DNA of 64,000 nt from Podarcis filfolensis (Eukaryota). Positions 50,056 to 61,300 of this stretch are shown here, in pieces. Below the pieces are notes generated by a model. The model made no database searches. It saw only the letters and a list, made by a program, of their open reading frames with translations, and had not been told where the DNA came from. The DNA lies in NCBI GenBank assembly GCA_964270895.1, contig OZ185439.1, one strand, 5' to 3'. The position numbers were made by a program, and so were the translations under genes. Position 1 is the stretch's first letter. The number at the start of each line of letters is the position of its first letter.

Positions 50056-50264
50056 CAGTGGTACCTCGGGTTAAGTACTTAATTCGTTCTGGAGGTCCGT
50101 TCTTAACCTGAAGCACCACTTTAGCTAATGGGGCCTCCTGCTGCTGCCACACCGCCGGAGCACGATTTCTGTTCTCATCCTGAAGCAAAGTTCTTAACCT
50201 GAAGCACTATTTCTGCGTTAGCGGAGTCTGTAACCTGAAGCGTATGTAACCCAAGGTACCACTG
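50056..50264. mobile_element. Tc1/mariner (pogo/Tigger-like) MITE in the BBIP1 coding intron
   Basis: TA|CAGTGGTACCTCGGGTTA...TAACCCAAGGTACCACTG|TA, with TA TSD on both sides. Confidence 0.9.
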
Positions 50265-50988
50265 TATGGAAAAATCCCTGCAATATAATGTTTCTCAGAC
50301 ATCTGTAGATGGCCAGAGAGAACATCACATCAATTCTGAGAGTATTTCACTGCTGCTGGCGAGCTACCTGGTCCAATTTAAGGTATTGGTACTATTATAC
50401 AGACATCCTAAATGCTCTAGGCACCCAAGTACTTGAAGGAACACCTTTCTCAGTAGGCCCCAATGCACATTTACAATCAGGAAGAGACGCTTTTTGCAAT
50501 ACCATTGCTGTGGATGCCTAGGAGGATGAGAATGCACAAGAGGGCTTCTTCTGTGTTAGCACCCCGTCTCTCCAGACAGTCCCCTTCCCTGCCCATGTTC
50601 AGATGGAATTTGAATACAGTTGTATTTATCCAGAGCTCCAGAAGGCAATAGGTACATTCAGGCACTGTGTTTTTTGTAATTGTCCTCATAAATTATAGTA
50701 TCGTATACTGGCTACAGTTTCACCAAATTGCATCCTGTTTGCTGCCCTAATCACGCTGTTGGGAGAAAGTGCAGAATATAAAATCTTGCAGTGCTGATAA
50801 AGAATTTGCCAGAGACACAACCCTAAGAGTGCTGCCGACTTGTAGTGTGATAAGGTGAAACTCCATGCAACCTTTGTAACTTGGCAAAAAGAAGGGGGAT
50901 CACAAGAGGTAAGCACAGGAGACACAACAACAGCCACTTGAGAAGCTTGGCAAGTGTACTTTGATAAATGCTGGGGAAAGTCACTCAC

Positions 50989-51028
50989 CTTGCTTGGGCA
51001 GCACCTCCCGAAATTTTAATTCAGACAT
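50989..51028 (-). CDS. BBIP1: BBIP1 first coding exon (exon spans 51032-50989)
   Basis: Minus strand cactag|aagaATG TCT GAA TTA AAA TTT CGG GAG GTG CTG CCC AAG CAA G|gtgagt gives MSELKFREVLPKQ(G). It joins the last exon in frame to give 70 aa. Confidence 0.92.
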
Positions 51029-51320
51029 TCTTCTAGTGGCAGAATTGAAGAACAACCACCACCAATCTGTCTAGGATTAGAAATCATGGGATTATTGTAA
51101 AAGTCAACATTGCATTCCTATCTTCCCCTTTCCTCCTTTAGCTTAAAGCAGATAGGCAGCTGCCAAATCTGACTTCAGCTGATCCAGGATCTTCATAAGG
51201 CAGAGCTGCCCTAGAACTTGCTTAATGAATGTTAGCTCGGGCCTGTTTAAGCACCTGCTGGAGATGTTTGGGAGTAACTAAGCAACCTCGCCTTGCAAAT
51301 GCAAAACCTCTCAGAAGCAA

Positions 51321-51374
51321 CTGCACTGTAGAGGGTTGGACTAGATGGTCCTTGGGGTCCCTTCCAACTCTACA
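51321..51374 (+). mobile_element. CR1/SINE 3' tail fragment in the BBIP1 first intron
   Basis: gggttggactagatggtccttggggtcccttccaactctaca, the same tail as the 15.3 kb SINE. Confidence 0.75.
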
Positions 51375-51479
51375 CTGGGAGAAAAAGTTGCCCTGAATCT
51401 TCCATTTTAGTACTAGGGGGAATTTTAGTACTAGGAGAGGAGGAGAAAAAACTTGTTTATTTCCCCACACCACGTACGA

Positions 51480-52130
51480 TTTTTCTACGTCCCCCATCAC
51501 GTCCCGCCTTACCCACCGCCATCCCGCATTTAAAAGCCCCAAACTGAAACAGTTCCTCCTTCCTCAGCGCCCCTCCCTCCACATCCCTGCCGCCAAGATC
51601 CCTCACCTGCCTTGCCTCTCCGCTTCTATTTGCCGGGCTCAGCTGCTCAACCCGCAGCGGGGACCACCATAGCAGCCCAAAGGCACGGGAACCGCCTCAA
51701 CCACCCGCGACAAACACTTCTGGTTCCGCGTCGAACTCGTGGCTCAACCGACGCACGACGGAGCACCATAGAGATCCCAAGGAAGAGCGGTTCCCTCGCT
51801 TTGGAATAAGGCATCTTCCCCGCACGCGGTGTTCAAACGGCAGCCGGACGTGAGGACTGCCTCCTTTGTCTCAAGCCTCTAGGCCAACCGCGCCTAGACG
51901 CCTTTTTTATTGGTCGAGAGGGCAGTAACGTCTTGGTTGCTACTAGCAACCAAGGGGCGGGCGGTGGTCGGTGTGATCCGCGGGGGGGGGGGAGCGGTTG
52001 TTCCAAGTGTGACGCAGGTTGCGTTCCATCGGGACCCCCCGCCCCGCCCAATTGGAGCACCAATTGATGTAAACACATATAGCTTGCAAACGGCCATCCG
52101 GGTCAGGCGTGGCTTAGTTCAGGAGAGCCT
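51480..52130 (-). promoter_or_regulatory. BBIP1: BBIP1 proximal CpG-island promoter and non-coding first exon (donor at 51607)
   Basis: CpG-dense island about 0.6 kb upstream of the BBIP1 ATG exon. It has a minus-strand donor CAG|GTGAGG, a palindromic RFX X-box GTTGCTACTAGCAAC at 51936-51950, a GC box and CCAAT boxes. Confidence 0.75.
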
Positions 52131-52419
52131 CACCCTGGCCCTACTCTCTAGCACTTGTTCCTGTTACGAGTTTTTCTAAAACGTTCCCAGAGCCCCTAAG
52201 CATGTGCAGAGCCCCTTCCGCTCTGTTTCAGGGTGCAATCGTCCGCACACTTTTCAGGGGACACTGGCTAACTTCTGAACACAGGCTTGCAGTTTTAACA
52301 TGCTGCAGTGGATACACATTCCCATTCTTGCCTAACCCAAGAATTCACCTCCTACCTAGAAGCTAATGCGGAAGTAACATAGTAGACAATATTGATACTG
52401 TGGTGTTGTTGGTTTTTTT

Positions 52420-52587
52420 AAATAATAATAATTTTGTTTTGTCCTCTCTCTCTTAACTGCAAATTTAGTTTTATCATTTGCATTCTCAGGATTGCTTTTA
52501 TTTTTTGTTGTGGTTTATATTTTTATATGCAAGCCACCTTCAGTTTTACTTTATTGTGGAAATGTGGGGTCAAATAAATAATAAATA
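52420..52587 (+). mobile_element. L2-type 3' tail remnant
   Basis: T-rich run, then aagccaccttcag...gtggggtcaaataaataataaata. Confidence 0.45.
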
Positions 52588-52603
52588 CATTGTATTTTGA
52601 GGT

Positions 52604-52710
52604 TAAAGGTAAAGGTAAAGGGACCCCTGACCGTTAGGTCCAGTCGCGGATGACTCTGGGATTGCAGTGCTCATCTCGCTTTACTGGCCGAGGGAGCCGG
52701 CGTACAGCTT
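52604..52710 (-). mobile_element. Sauria-SINE/Bov-B-type 3' end
   Basis: (AAAGGT)n tail, i.e. (ACCTTT)n on -, followed by gggacccctgaccgttaggtccagtcgcggatgactctggg...ggccgagggagccggcg; CpGs are retained. Confidence 0.8.
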
Positions 52711-55096
52711 TACGAAGCAACAAATCACAGCTATAAAAATACCCTTCATTATGTATTGGCAGTAAGTGTTCTTACTGAATGATTTCTGAATGATTTTGCA
52801 ATGTTTGAATTGTTGTTATTATTTATTCAGTATCTTACCTGTGGTTCACCATTAGGTCCCAGAGTGGGTTGTGGCATACACACACACACACACACACACT
52901 GTTAAAAACAGTGGGAAAGAAATTGGTGGGAAAGAAGAAGGGAGTGGGTGCCAAAAAATAAAGTTTTTCGAAAGCAATATATTTTAACTCTGGTACGCTT
53001 GGCACTAAAAATACTGTGTAGCCCTTCCATGCAGTGGGATCACCTTTGGTTCCTCTGGCACACCTTGTTGCAAGGAAGCTCCCATCTTCAGTGCTTAATG
53101 TGGAGCTTTCTATTTCGCTGGCCCTGCATAAAATTTATAACTCAGAAAAAGGCTCTTCTGAACTGATGTACAGAGTTCATAACAAGCTGTGGACTTGTTC
53201 AAGGTCTCTCTCCCCCCCCCCCCACTTTCTATTATCTTTTCCTAGTTCAACTCATTAGTCCCAAGGCATAGTCATGTGTTTTCCCGCCTTTCATTCCCAC
53301 GCATGTGGGAATCAAAGGGAGTTAATTGGTTCTGGCTGCCATGATGGCAAAATGTCTCTCCAGTAGACATGTTAACTAATAATGAGCGGTATGTCCCTTC
53401 TGGCAATTTAATCTGCCTTGATTTTAAACTAACAGTGTCAGATTACATGGGAAAAGGAGAACAAAAGACATCAACTTTTGAACTTAATTCCGTAGTAGTG
53501 GAGTTTAGTCTGCACACTTTTGCCTCTGTGTCCCTGCTCTTTCACTCCCCAAATTTTATAGAGATTTTGTTAACTTGCTTTGCAGCCTGTGGATGTGGAT
53601 GTGTTTTGGAGGAGAAATATAACTCTCTGTGTGGACTTGATAGTTCAAAATGCAATTGGCTGGTTTCCATTTTCAAAACCTCTGGGAATTACTTTAGGGA
53701 TTCATTATCTTTAGCCTTTAAGAGAGTTGTATTATCTTTTGTTGGGGCCTATTTTTGTTGGGGCTTGTCAGTCTACTGAAGACCTGGATCTGTATAACAA
53801 ACTCGGCAACATATTCTTCTTTTGATTACCAGCCTGGCAACTACCAATGTACATTTGGGATTCTGTAAAAAACTCAGAAACCGCTTTCGCTAATGAAATG
53901 CCTTGTCGCAAAATGCTCCTAGAACAATGGGAGTTTCAAACACTGCTTCAGACAGGTGTTTATTGTGGAACTGGTGCTCCCCATGCATGGAAGTGTTGTT
54001 GTTTTTTTTGCCATACCCACACAACAGTGCCATTAAAACACCAGCCCATATCCCCCCACATTCAATCCAGATTTATCCTTTGCAGTGGAAACCCAATACC
54101 ACACACACACACACACACAAACAAAAAAACCATACATTTTAATTTTTTAAAAAAACACTGTTGCCAATAACTCATTTATGATATTTCACCAGCCTGTTTA
54201 AATATTAAGCTTCCATCTGGAAGCATTCTTAGTCAAAAGCTTTTCCATAACAGCGTAAGAATGTCACAGATTTTATTAAATTAAATCGTAATATATTTGA
54301 TATCAGATGTTGCCTCACCCTATGGTAAAAATATGAAATATTTAAATAATTGACCATTTGTGTTCTTTAATAATACTTCAGATCTGATAGCTGCTACCCA
54401 AGGCAGGTGATCTCACCTATCTAATGGATGCCGCAAGATTTTTAACACACCCTCTTCAAGCACTGCACTATTCAGTTCAGAAAGTTTCAGTTTTTACTCG
54501 AAAACTTTTCTGTAGAAAATGAATGACAGCCTTGTCAGTAACTTGCAAAGGGCGAGGCTGTGTTTTATTTCCTGTCTTTGTGCAGTTTGTGCCAAAGACG
54601 TTTTAAGTGGAGTTTCACAAGAAGACGAAAAATGAGTGAGCTGTGCCAGTTTGTGAGGTTTAAAATCCTCTGGCATTTATAATGTGTGTGGGCTTTTGGA
54701 AGCCTCCTTTTTGTACCTATTAAGATCATGAGGAAATTTTGCATCTGCTATATAACATGGGGCGATTTATTCTCATGGGTGCTCAAGAATATCCCTTCGC
54801 TGGAATTTTCTGAACACGTTGAAGATAACTTTTTGGTTTGTTCATATCATATGTGGTAGCATAGATGACTGGTTTCATCTAGACAGAAATCCATGTTTCC
54901 CACCATCCACATCCAATGTCCACTTCTTATTTGCCCATAATTTAAGTTCATTCACGGGAATAAGTTTGCATGTTTGTGGGTATAAACAACTCTGGTTAAT
55001 TGCACAGAGAAACCAGTGCTTATGTAACATGAATGTTACATGTTAATTCCTAGTAGGTATCATGTTACCTTTTTCATTCATTTATTTAAATATATC

Positions 55097-55222
55097 CAGT
55101 GCTATTTTTATAGAAAAAGATGTGCTGGAGCTCAGTATGAACACCTCCCTTGTTTTCTTATAATGGCAATAGAGCCCACCTGAGAGGTGCTGAAATTGAG
55201 TTCCGGCTGAAAAAAAGCCCTA
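55097..55222. mobile_element. hAT MITE (same family as 41685), TSD AATATATC
   Basis: Colinear with 41685-41819; 8-bp TSD at 55089-55096 and 55223-55230. Confidence 0.9.
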
Positions 55223-55293
55223 AATATATCTATGCTGCCTTTCATATGCAATAGCAAGGTGGTGTGGTGTGGTGTGGGGGGCAAGGCCAGAAG

Positions 55294-55499
55294 CAGTGGC
55301 AGAGGAAGAGGAAGAGGAGTGCAGGGGGAGTGCACGACCCGCGGCAGCGCGATCCTGGTGGGATGCCATCGCGGCTGCCCCCTGCCTGCGCTGGGTGCCA
55401 TGCCCCTGTGGGTGGCACGGCACACCCCCGGGATGCACGCAAGCCTCACCCCCACCTGCTCTCTGCCCCCTGGTGTCGGAGCATGAAGCTCTGCCACTG
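55294..55499. mobile_element. GC-rich hAT MITE, TIR CAGTGGCAGAG, TSD GCCAGAAG
   Basis: 11-bp perfect TIR and 8-bp TSD at 55286-55293 and 55500-55507; explains the cluster of short GC-rich ORFs here. Confidence 0.88.
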
Positions 55500-58425
55500 G
55501 CCAGAAGTACAATGAAATTTTAACTGAGAACAACAAGGCAGCTGCTAAGTCAACAGCAAACAAGTTAAAACCCAACCAGCTTTGCTCCATTGCGCCATCC
55601 ATTGTGGCCTTTTCCTACCCACCTCTCCTTCTGGGCTCTCCCATCAGAAACTGGACAAAGGGCTTCATGCACCCTTGGAATACAGGCTGCCCACCCCTGC
55701 TTTGGACAAACCTTCCACATTTTGCGGCCCAGAACTGAGTCCCACTGAATGCAGTTGGACTTCCTTTTTAGGAAGTACACCGGAGTCTTTAATCTTAGGA
55801 AGTAATAATCGAACCACCTCTCATGGAAACTAGTTACAGCATCTGGAAACTATACTTCATTATGAATCACCCTGTATTAAGCCAAGGTTTTGAGGTCAGT
55901 GTCTCTCTCCTTTCATAGGAACACGCTTAAGAACTGTGTTCAGTTCCTGAGATCCTCCTCACTGTCCTTTTGCCAACAAAGTATGGAGGTTAGGGACAAG
56001 GAAGCGGCCCCTTTTTGGAAGTGACTCCATCCTAAATTATAGAATAGCCTCCCAACAGAGGTTCATCTAGCCCTTTGCGTCTTGCTTTCTATTGGACTTG
56101 TAAGTCTTTTTAATTTCAGCTTCCTGCTTGCCCACAGTAGCCAGCCATATGCTTCCGGGAAGCGCACACAGTACCATATGAAGCCCCACCCTGAGAAACT
56201 GGTATACAATCTCAGAAGCGAAAGGATCACTTGGATTATCATGGCTAATACTCACCGATAGATGCCCTACCTTTCGAAAGCTGCTCTCTTGCTAAACAGA
56301 GAAGTTCTGGATCAATGTTGTGCCTCCTTGAAAAACATAGAGCAGTTGTTTGATTGCTCTTGAACCATCACTATTCCCTGCAAACACCCCCCCAAAAAAA
56401 AAATACAGGGAAGGGAAGTTGGTAGAAGAGACACCAGTTAGTTAAGGAAGATGTATTTTCAAATACAGCATTGAGTAATTCATGCAAATTATTAATGTGT
56501 TTATGAAGAAAGGTGCTAAGAGATGCAAATTAGCTGTGTTTCTAATAGCGTGTAGGGAGATCTTTAGGCTCATTCTTTCAAGAAGGTTAGTCATGCAGAG
56601 GACGATGCAATCACCTCTGGTCAAATGGGCAAGGCTAAATTTTGAAACGACTGGAAGACTTCAAATGTGTAGACCTCACTAACACTCTTCCCAGGAAATC
56701 ATGGTCAAAAATACATTGATGCGTCAAATCCAATATATATGAAAGACTGCCCTCTTGTGGTCTCAGATATAATGACTGCTGTTCCTGAGCAGAATCATAC
56801 AAGTTTTCCAACGTTTGGAAACCGTTGCCTGTTGATAAATTGGAACAACTGTAGGAATGAGCATTGGCAATCACAAGCCATACCACTGTCGTATGTTGGT
56901 AAAAGAGCAGCAGCTTTCATGCATCACAAATCAGCCCAGAGACAAACCACATTGAGCAGATTTTGTGATGCATGGAAACATCTGTTGTTTGCAGTTTGGA
57001 TGGGCTGCACAGGAAGAGAGTAAGCAAGAAGAGAGAGACACCCTTGTGTGATTTAGAATACAATACTATACCTAAAATTAATCAAGCCAGGGTAGCCACA
57101 GGCCTTCTAGGGCAGCTTCTGGTTTGAAAGCACAAAACACAGTATGTGATTCTAATCGCAATATGGTAAGTGGTCCTGAAACTCTTAACAACTTGGCTGT
57201 CTGGCTGCCAACATTTGCTGTTTCAGGGCTGAAATCCAGCGGGTGAAGCATTTCCTGGCATGGAAATGAATTGATAGGAGAAACTCCACCTTGTAAACTT
57301 CTGCCTGCCAAGAGCAGGGCTATTAAGAGGAAATGAGCTCTTCAAAAAAACAAAACCACACTTGGCAGCCAGGAGACACATGACTGCATTGTATACATTT
57401 GGCTGAAGAAATTGCATTGCTAAACAGCTAGTGTCATATGAAGAAAATGGATGACTTTTCCTGTTTAAATGTTTGGAATCTTTTGGGTCTCATCAGTATT
57501 GTCCTCCCTCCCATCTCCTAGCTCTTTTTGCCTGTGTGGTGACTTACATTTCCATGATTAATTCAAGCCATTTTTTTTCCTCTTGAAAAGCACTAAACTG
57601 GGAGGTTTAGGTGGTTAATTCTATGCAGTACCTTCAGAGATGCAACAGTGAGATCAGAAATACTTTATTGGAGGCAGTTTGGGGTACATTCATGATCACA
57701 GGGTGTCCCAAGGAAACAGTCCATTTCTGCAGTGTTGTTGTGGTGGTTATGCAGGGAAGGCTACAGTTACTTTTTAAAAAGTTTTAAATTGTGCTTTAGG
57801 CTGCAGTTCTAAACACATTTACAGTACTAGGAAGTAATTTCCACTGAACATAGTGGGACTTATTTCAGGGTAAACATGTGTAGGGTTGAACTGTTAGGCA
57901 TGGAGAATAGAAGAGATATAAAACATTCTCCTTGTTATTGGTTTTTAAAATTGTCACATTGTTAAACAATTAATTAAGGCTTCAATGAAATCTATGCAAA
58001 ACCTAATGGTTGTTACTATTGTTGCATGGGAATTTAGTTTCAGATCTCTGCTTCTTCTTGTGAAAAATCATACCCCACATTTATTTTTTTGAAAATTTGT
58101 TTTACATAAAGCCCTCTCCGCTCAAATATTTCTACCTTGTCCTTCGTCTATGGGCCTAACTATGGTGCAAAAAAGTTGGGACAGAAAAATAGCTGTGGGG
58201 CAAAGGGTTAAGCAGTCCCATGCCCTCTTCTGCTTAAAGCTTCAGGCCACTTGGCTATAAGAAGCAGTTGGGGGAATTCACAAGTGCCTGCATGCAACAT
58301 CTAGTTTGGCTGTGTAGTTAATGCTGTGGTGGTAAACCTGTGTCTGGACTGCACCACTTCACACAGCAAATGGGAGCTGATCTGATTGAAGACTCCTCCA
58401 CTAAATAAATAAATAAACCTCCGAA

Positions 58426-58426
<1 letters not shown>

Positions 58427-58460
<34 letters not shown>
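58427..58460. repeat. (GTAA)n tetranucleotide microsatellite, preceded by (TAAA)n
   Basis: About 8.5 perfect units. Confidence 0.95.
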
Positions 58461-58461
<1 letters not shown>

Positions 58462-59449
58462 CCATGTCATGGTTTGTTGTACATTGCCCTGAGTGCCTTT
58501 GGAGGCAGGAGAGCCATCCATCTGTCTGTGAATGCATGGGAAAATGATGAGGTAGCCCTGGGTTTTTCTACTCCCTTGCCCCCCCCCCATGCCTGTCATT
58601 TCATCCATCTTCTTCTCCACCTGCTCTAGTGAGTAGGAGCCCAGGCTGCAATTCCAAACAAGCTTCCAGCAAAGTAAATCCCAATGAACTAAGTAGCTTT
58701 GGACATTACAGCACTAAGATGTTTAAGTGTGCTATGTTTCCAGTGGTGGTGCTACTACACAAGATTTGGATTCATATCCTGCTTGCCATTCATTCCTACC
58801 TTCCCCTTTGGTCCTTGAAAATGGAAGCATGAGCCTCTTACCACTGTGGATGGCCAAGGGTGCTGTGAAATGCAAAGCCATTTCTCAGTCTAGTTTAAAT
58901 GTTGAGTGTGTGGTGAAGCCCTTACTTGTGTGGGATTCCACGTGGCCAGTGCCATGTTTAAATCGGATCGCTGGACCCCATACTAGCATGCTCATGTAGG
59001 GGAAGGCATCTCAGTTTAGAGGTTATGCCAGCTACGTAATACCCGATATATTTGCTTTTTGTATGCCTAACATGTTGAAATTGGGCCTCTGTAGATCTCT
59101 GCAAAAATACTTCTTTGCTTTCCCTACACAATACTGTATACATTTCGTGCTTGCATTTCAGGCAGGCAGAGTGGGCAGTGCCCCACTCCCTTACTTTTCA
59201 TGACACCCCGTTCCCATTTTGAGAAGACCACAGGGAGGACTTATTTGGCCCCAAACAGGGAGACGTCGGGAGTGGAGCTTGTGGAATTAAATCGAGATCC
59301 ACCACTGCACAATTCTCTTTGATTTAAACATGGGCCTCCTTTGCTTCTCCCCTCTGCCCCCCAATTAACAAAATACATGCACAAGGAAGCTTCCTATGTG
59401 TTTTGGTGTCAAACTCCCACTTTTGCCTGTAAAAAAAAGTTCGCCAGGG

Positions 59450-61300
59450 CCTATGGTCAGGGCAATGAATTCCTGACGTTGACGACACACTAAAATGGGT
59501 GTCGGCGGGAAGACGGGATCCTGACTTGGAATTCAATCCACAAGGGAGCTTTATTTCCTTATTTGTTTTCTCCATTATCCGCCGTGATTAAAAGCCATTC
59601 GGATCCAGGTCTCAGCCCCGTCCGCGCGCTCGGCCTCGCCCAGGGGTCTCTCGCGAGCGCGCAACCGGGCGAACGGCAGCGGCGACGTCCTCGCCCTTTT
59701 GTGCGGCAAACGGACAGCCATGCCTCTTGGTACGAGGGGGAGGAGAGGGCGGCATTTTTACCCTCAGCGCGGCTGCCTACCTAGCGAGGGCAGCGGGTGC
59801 TTTATTCTGTGTCACGTTTAATAAAACCAACTTCGTTTGTTAGACTTTGGAGTCCTAACGAAAGACTTTATTTATATGCACACGCATCACGGTGTTTGCC
59901 CCGGTATCCCCTCCGCCATTAATGCATTGAGTCGTGCTCGCCCGTTGCCAATAGCAACGAAGACTCCCCCCCCCCACTCTCCCTGCCTCCGGTTAACATG
60001 GCGGCGTCCGGGCGCTGAAGCCGGCGCGCCGCTCCACCTGCCACTTTCCCTCTCTCTATGGTTACCGTGGAGGTCTGTGGGCGGGGAGTCCCGTGACGGG
60101 CCGCTCGGTGCGCGGTGACGGCGGCAGGCAGGCGGGCGGGCGAGGCGGACGGTGGAAGCGGCTGTGAGGAGGGGATGGCGGAGGAGCCTCCACGGTAAGG
60201 AAAGCTCGGGGGGCAAGAAGGCCTGAGGGCGGGGGGTGGCGTCGGTGGCAGCTATGGGGCGGCGGCAGGGGGCAGCTAGGGGGCTGCAGCTGGAATGTGG
60301 AGGGAGGGGAGGGAAGTGGGAAGGGCGGCCGTCTTGTAGGGGTAAGGGCAGCCGGGGAGGGAGGGAGGCGGGCGGCTCGAGCGGGGTATCGGGAGCTTGG
60401 GAAGGGAGGCGGGAGCCTTCGCTGGAGAGCGGGGTGGGGGAGGCGGAGGAATGCGGGAGGTCGGCGGGGCTGCAACCGAGGCGGGGGGGGTGGCTGTCGT
60501 TGGCAGCTGGGAAAGGGGAGGCGGCGGGAGGCGAAGGGGACTCTGCGCAAAGGTGAGCGCGGAGGGGAAGGGAGGGAAATGGGGCTCCGGATCGGGCAGG
60601 GGGCGCGTCTGTCGGGGGGGGGCGCAAACGAACCCGCCTTTTCAAGGGGGAAAATGGATGGGGAGGGGAAGGTTGGGCTGCAGGGGAAGGAAGGAGAGCA
60701 GCTGAAAAGGGGGAGGTTCCGAAGGCAAGGCGTGCGTGGAGAAAGGGGGCGATGGGTGCCAAGGGGGGAGAAGGAGGAGGAGGGGACGCAGTGGCAAGCC
60801 AAGGCCCCTCCTGCCTCCCTCCCAAGCAGGGGTGCTTGTTGTTGTTGTTTGCACCTGTGCAATGGAAGCCCTTGTTTAGGGGCGCAGCCCCAGCCGGTGG
60901 TGGTGGTGTTGGGGAAGGCTGCTGTGGCCCAGGGAGAAGGGCGAGGCTGCAAGGGGGACCCCTCCGGCTCGACCTCGGGCAGTGGGTGGAGTATGCAGGG
61001 GAAAGGGCTCGGGAGGTGGTTGGCGAAAGGGCGCGCGTGTGCCTGAGTCTGTGCGCGTGTGCGCCGCTGCTTTGCTGGCTGCTGCTGCTGCTGCTGCAAG
61101 GGTGTAGGTGGAGGAGCCTCTGATCCAAGGCTTGTCTAGGGCTGCTGCCTGTGCTGCTGACAGGAGGCAGGGGTTTGGGCCTAAGAGGCCACAAGGCAGA
61201 AGGAGAAACGGCAGCAGCAGCAGCAGCAGCAGAAGGTAGTCGCGAGAAGAAGCAGGAAGCCCTGAACGCACAAAGCACTGACGCCCTTTCCCAGCAGGTA
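59450..61300 (+). promoter_or_regulatory. SHOC2: Large CpG island: probable SHOC2 promoter, non-coding exon 1 (donor after 60194) and start of intron 1
   Basis: Very GC/CpG-rich. Contains YY1 AACATGGCGGC 59995-60005, X-box 59944-59958, TCTCGCGAG 59649-59657, GGCGGGAA at about 59502 and donor CACG|GTAAGG. Gene identity comes only from the known order PDCD4-BBIP1-SHOC2; no SHOC2 coding exon is present. Confidence 0.6.

Noticed and set aside
53287-53318. 13-14 bp hairpin (ctttcattcccac-gcat-gtgggaatcaaag)
   Set aside because: Short, imperfect and isolated; compatible with chance in 64 kb.
53369-53779. 136-aa ORF between BBIP1 and the SHOC2 island
   Set aside because: No recognisable domain, no splice support and intron-like composition; a length attainable by chance.
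55132-55602. Cluster of overlapping GC-rich ORFs
   Set aside because: Explained by two adjacent hAT MITEs with TIRs and TSDs.
59887-61278. Long ORFs on both strands (463, 345, 249 aa)
   Set aside because: Low-complexity Pro/Gly/Arg/Ala translations in several overlapping frames; an expected artefact of stop-poor GC-rich CpG-island sequence with no recognisable domain.
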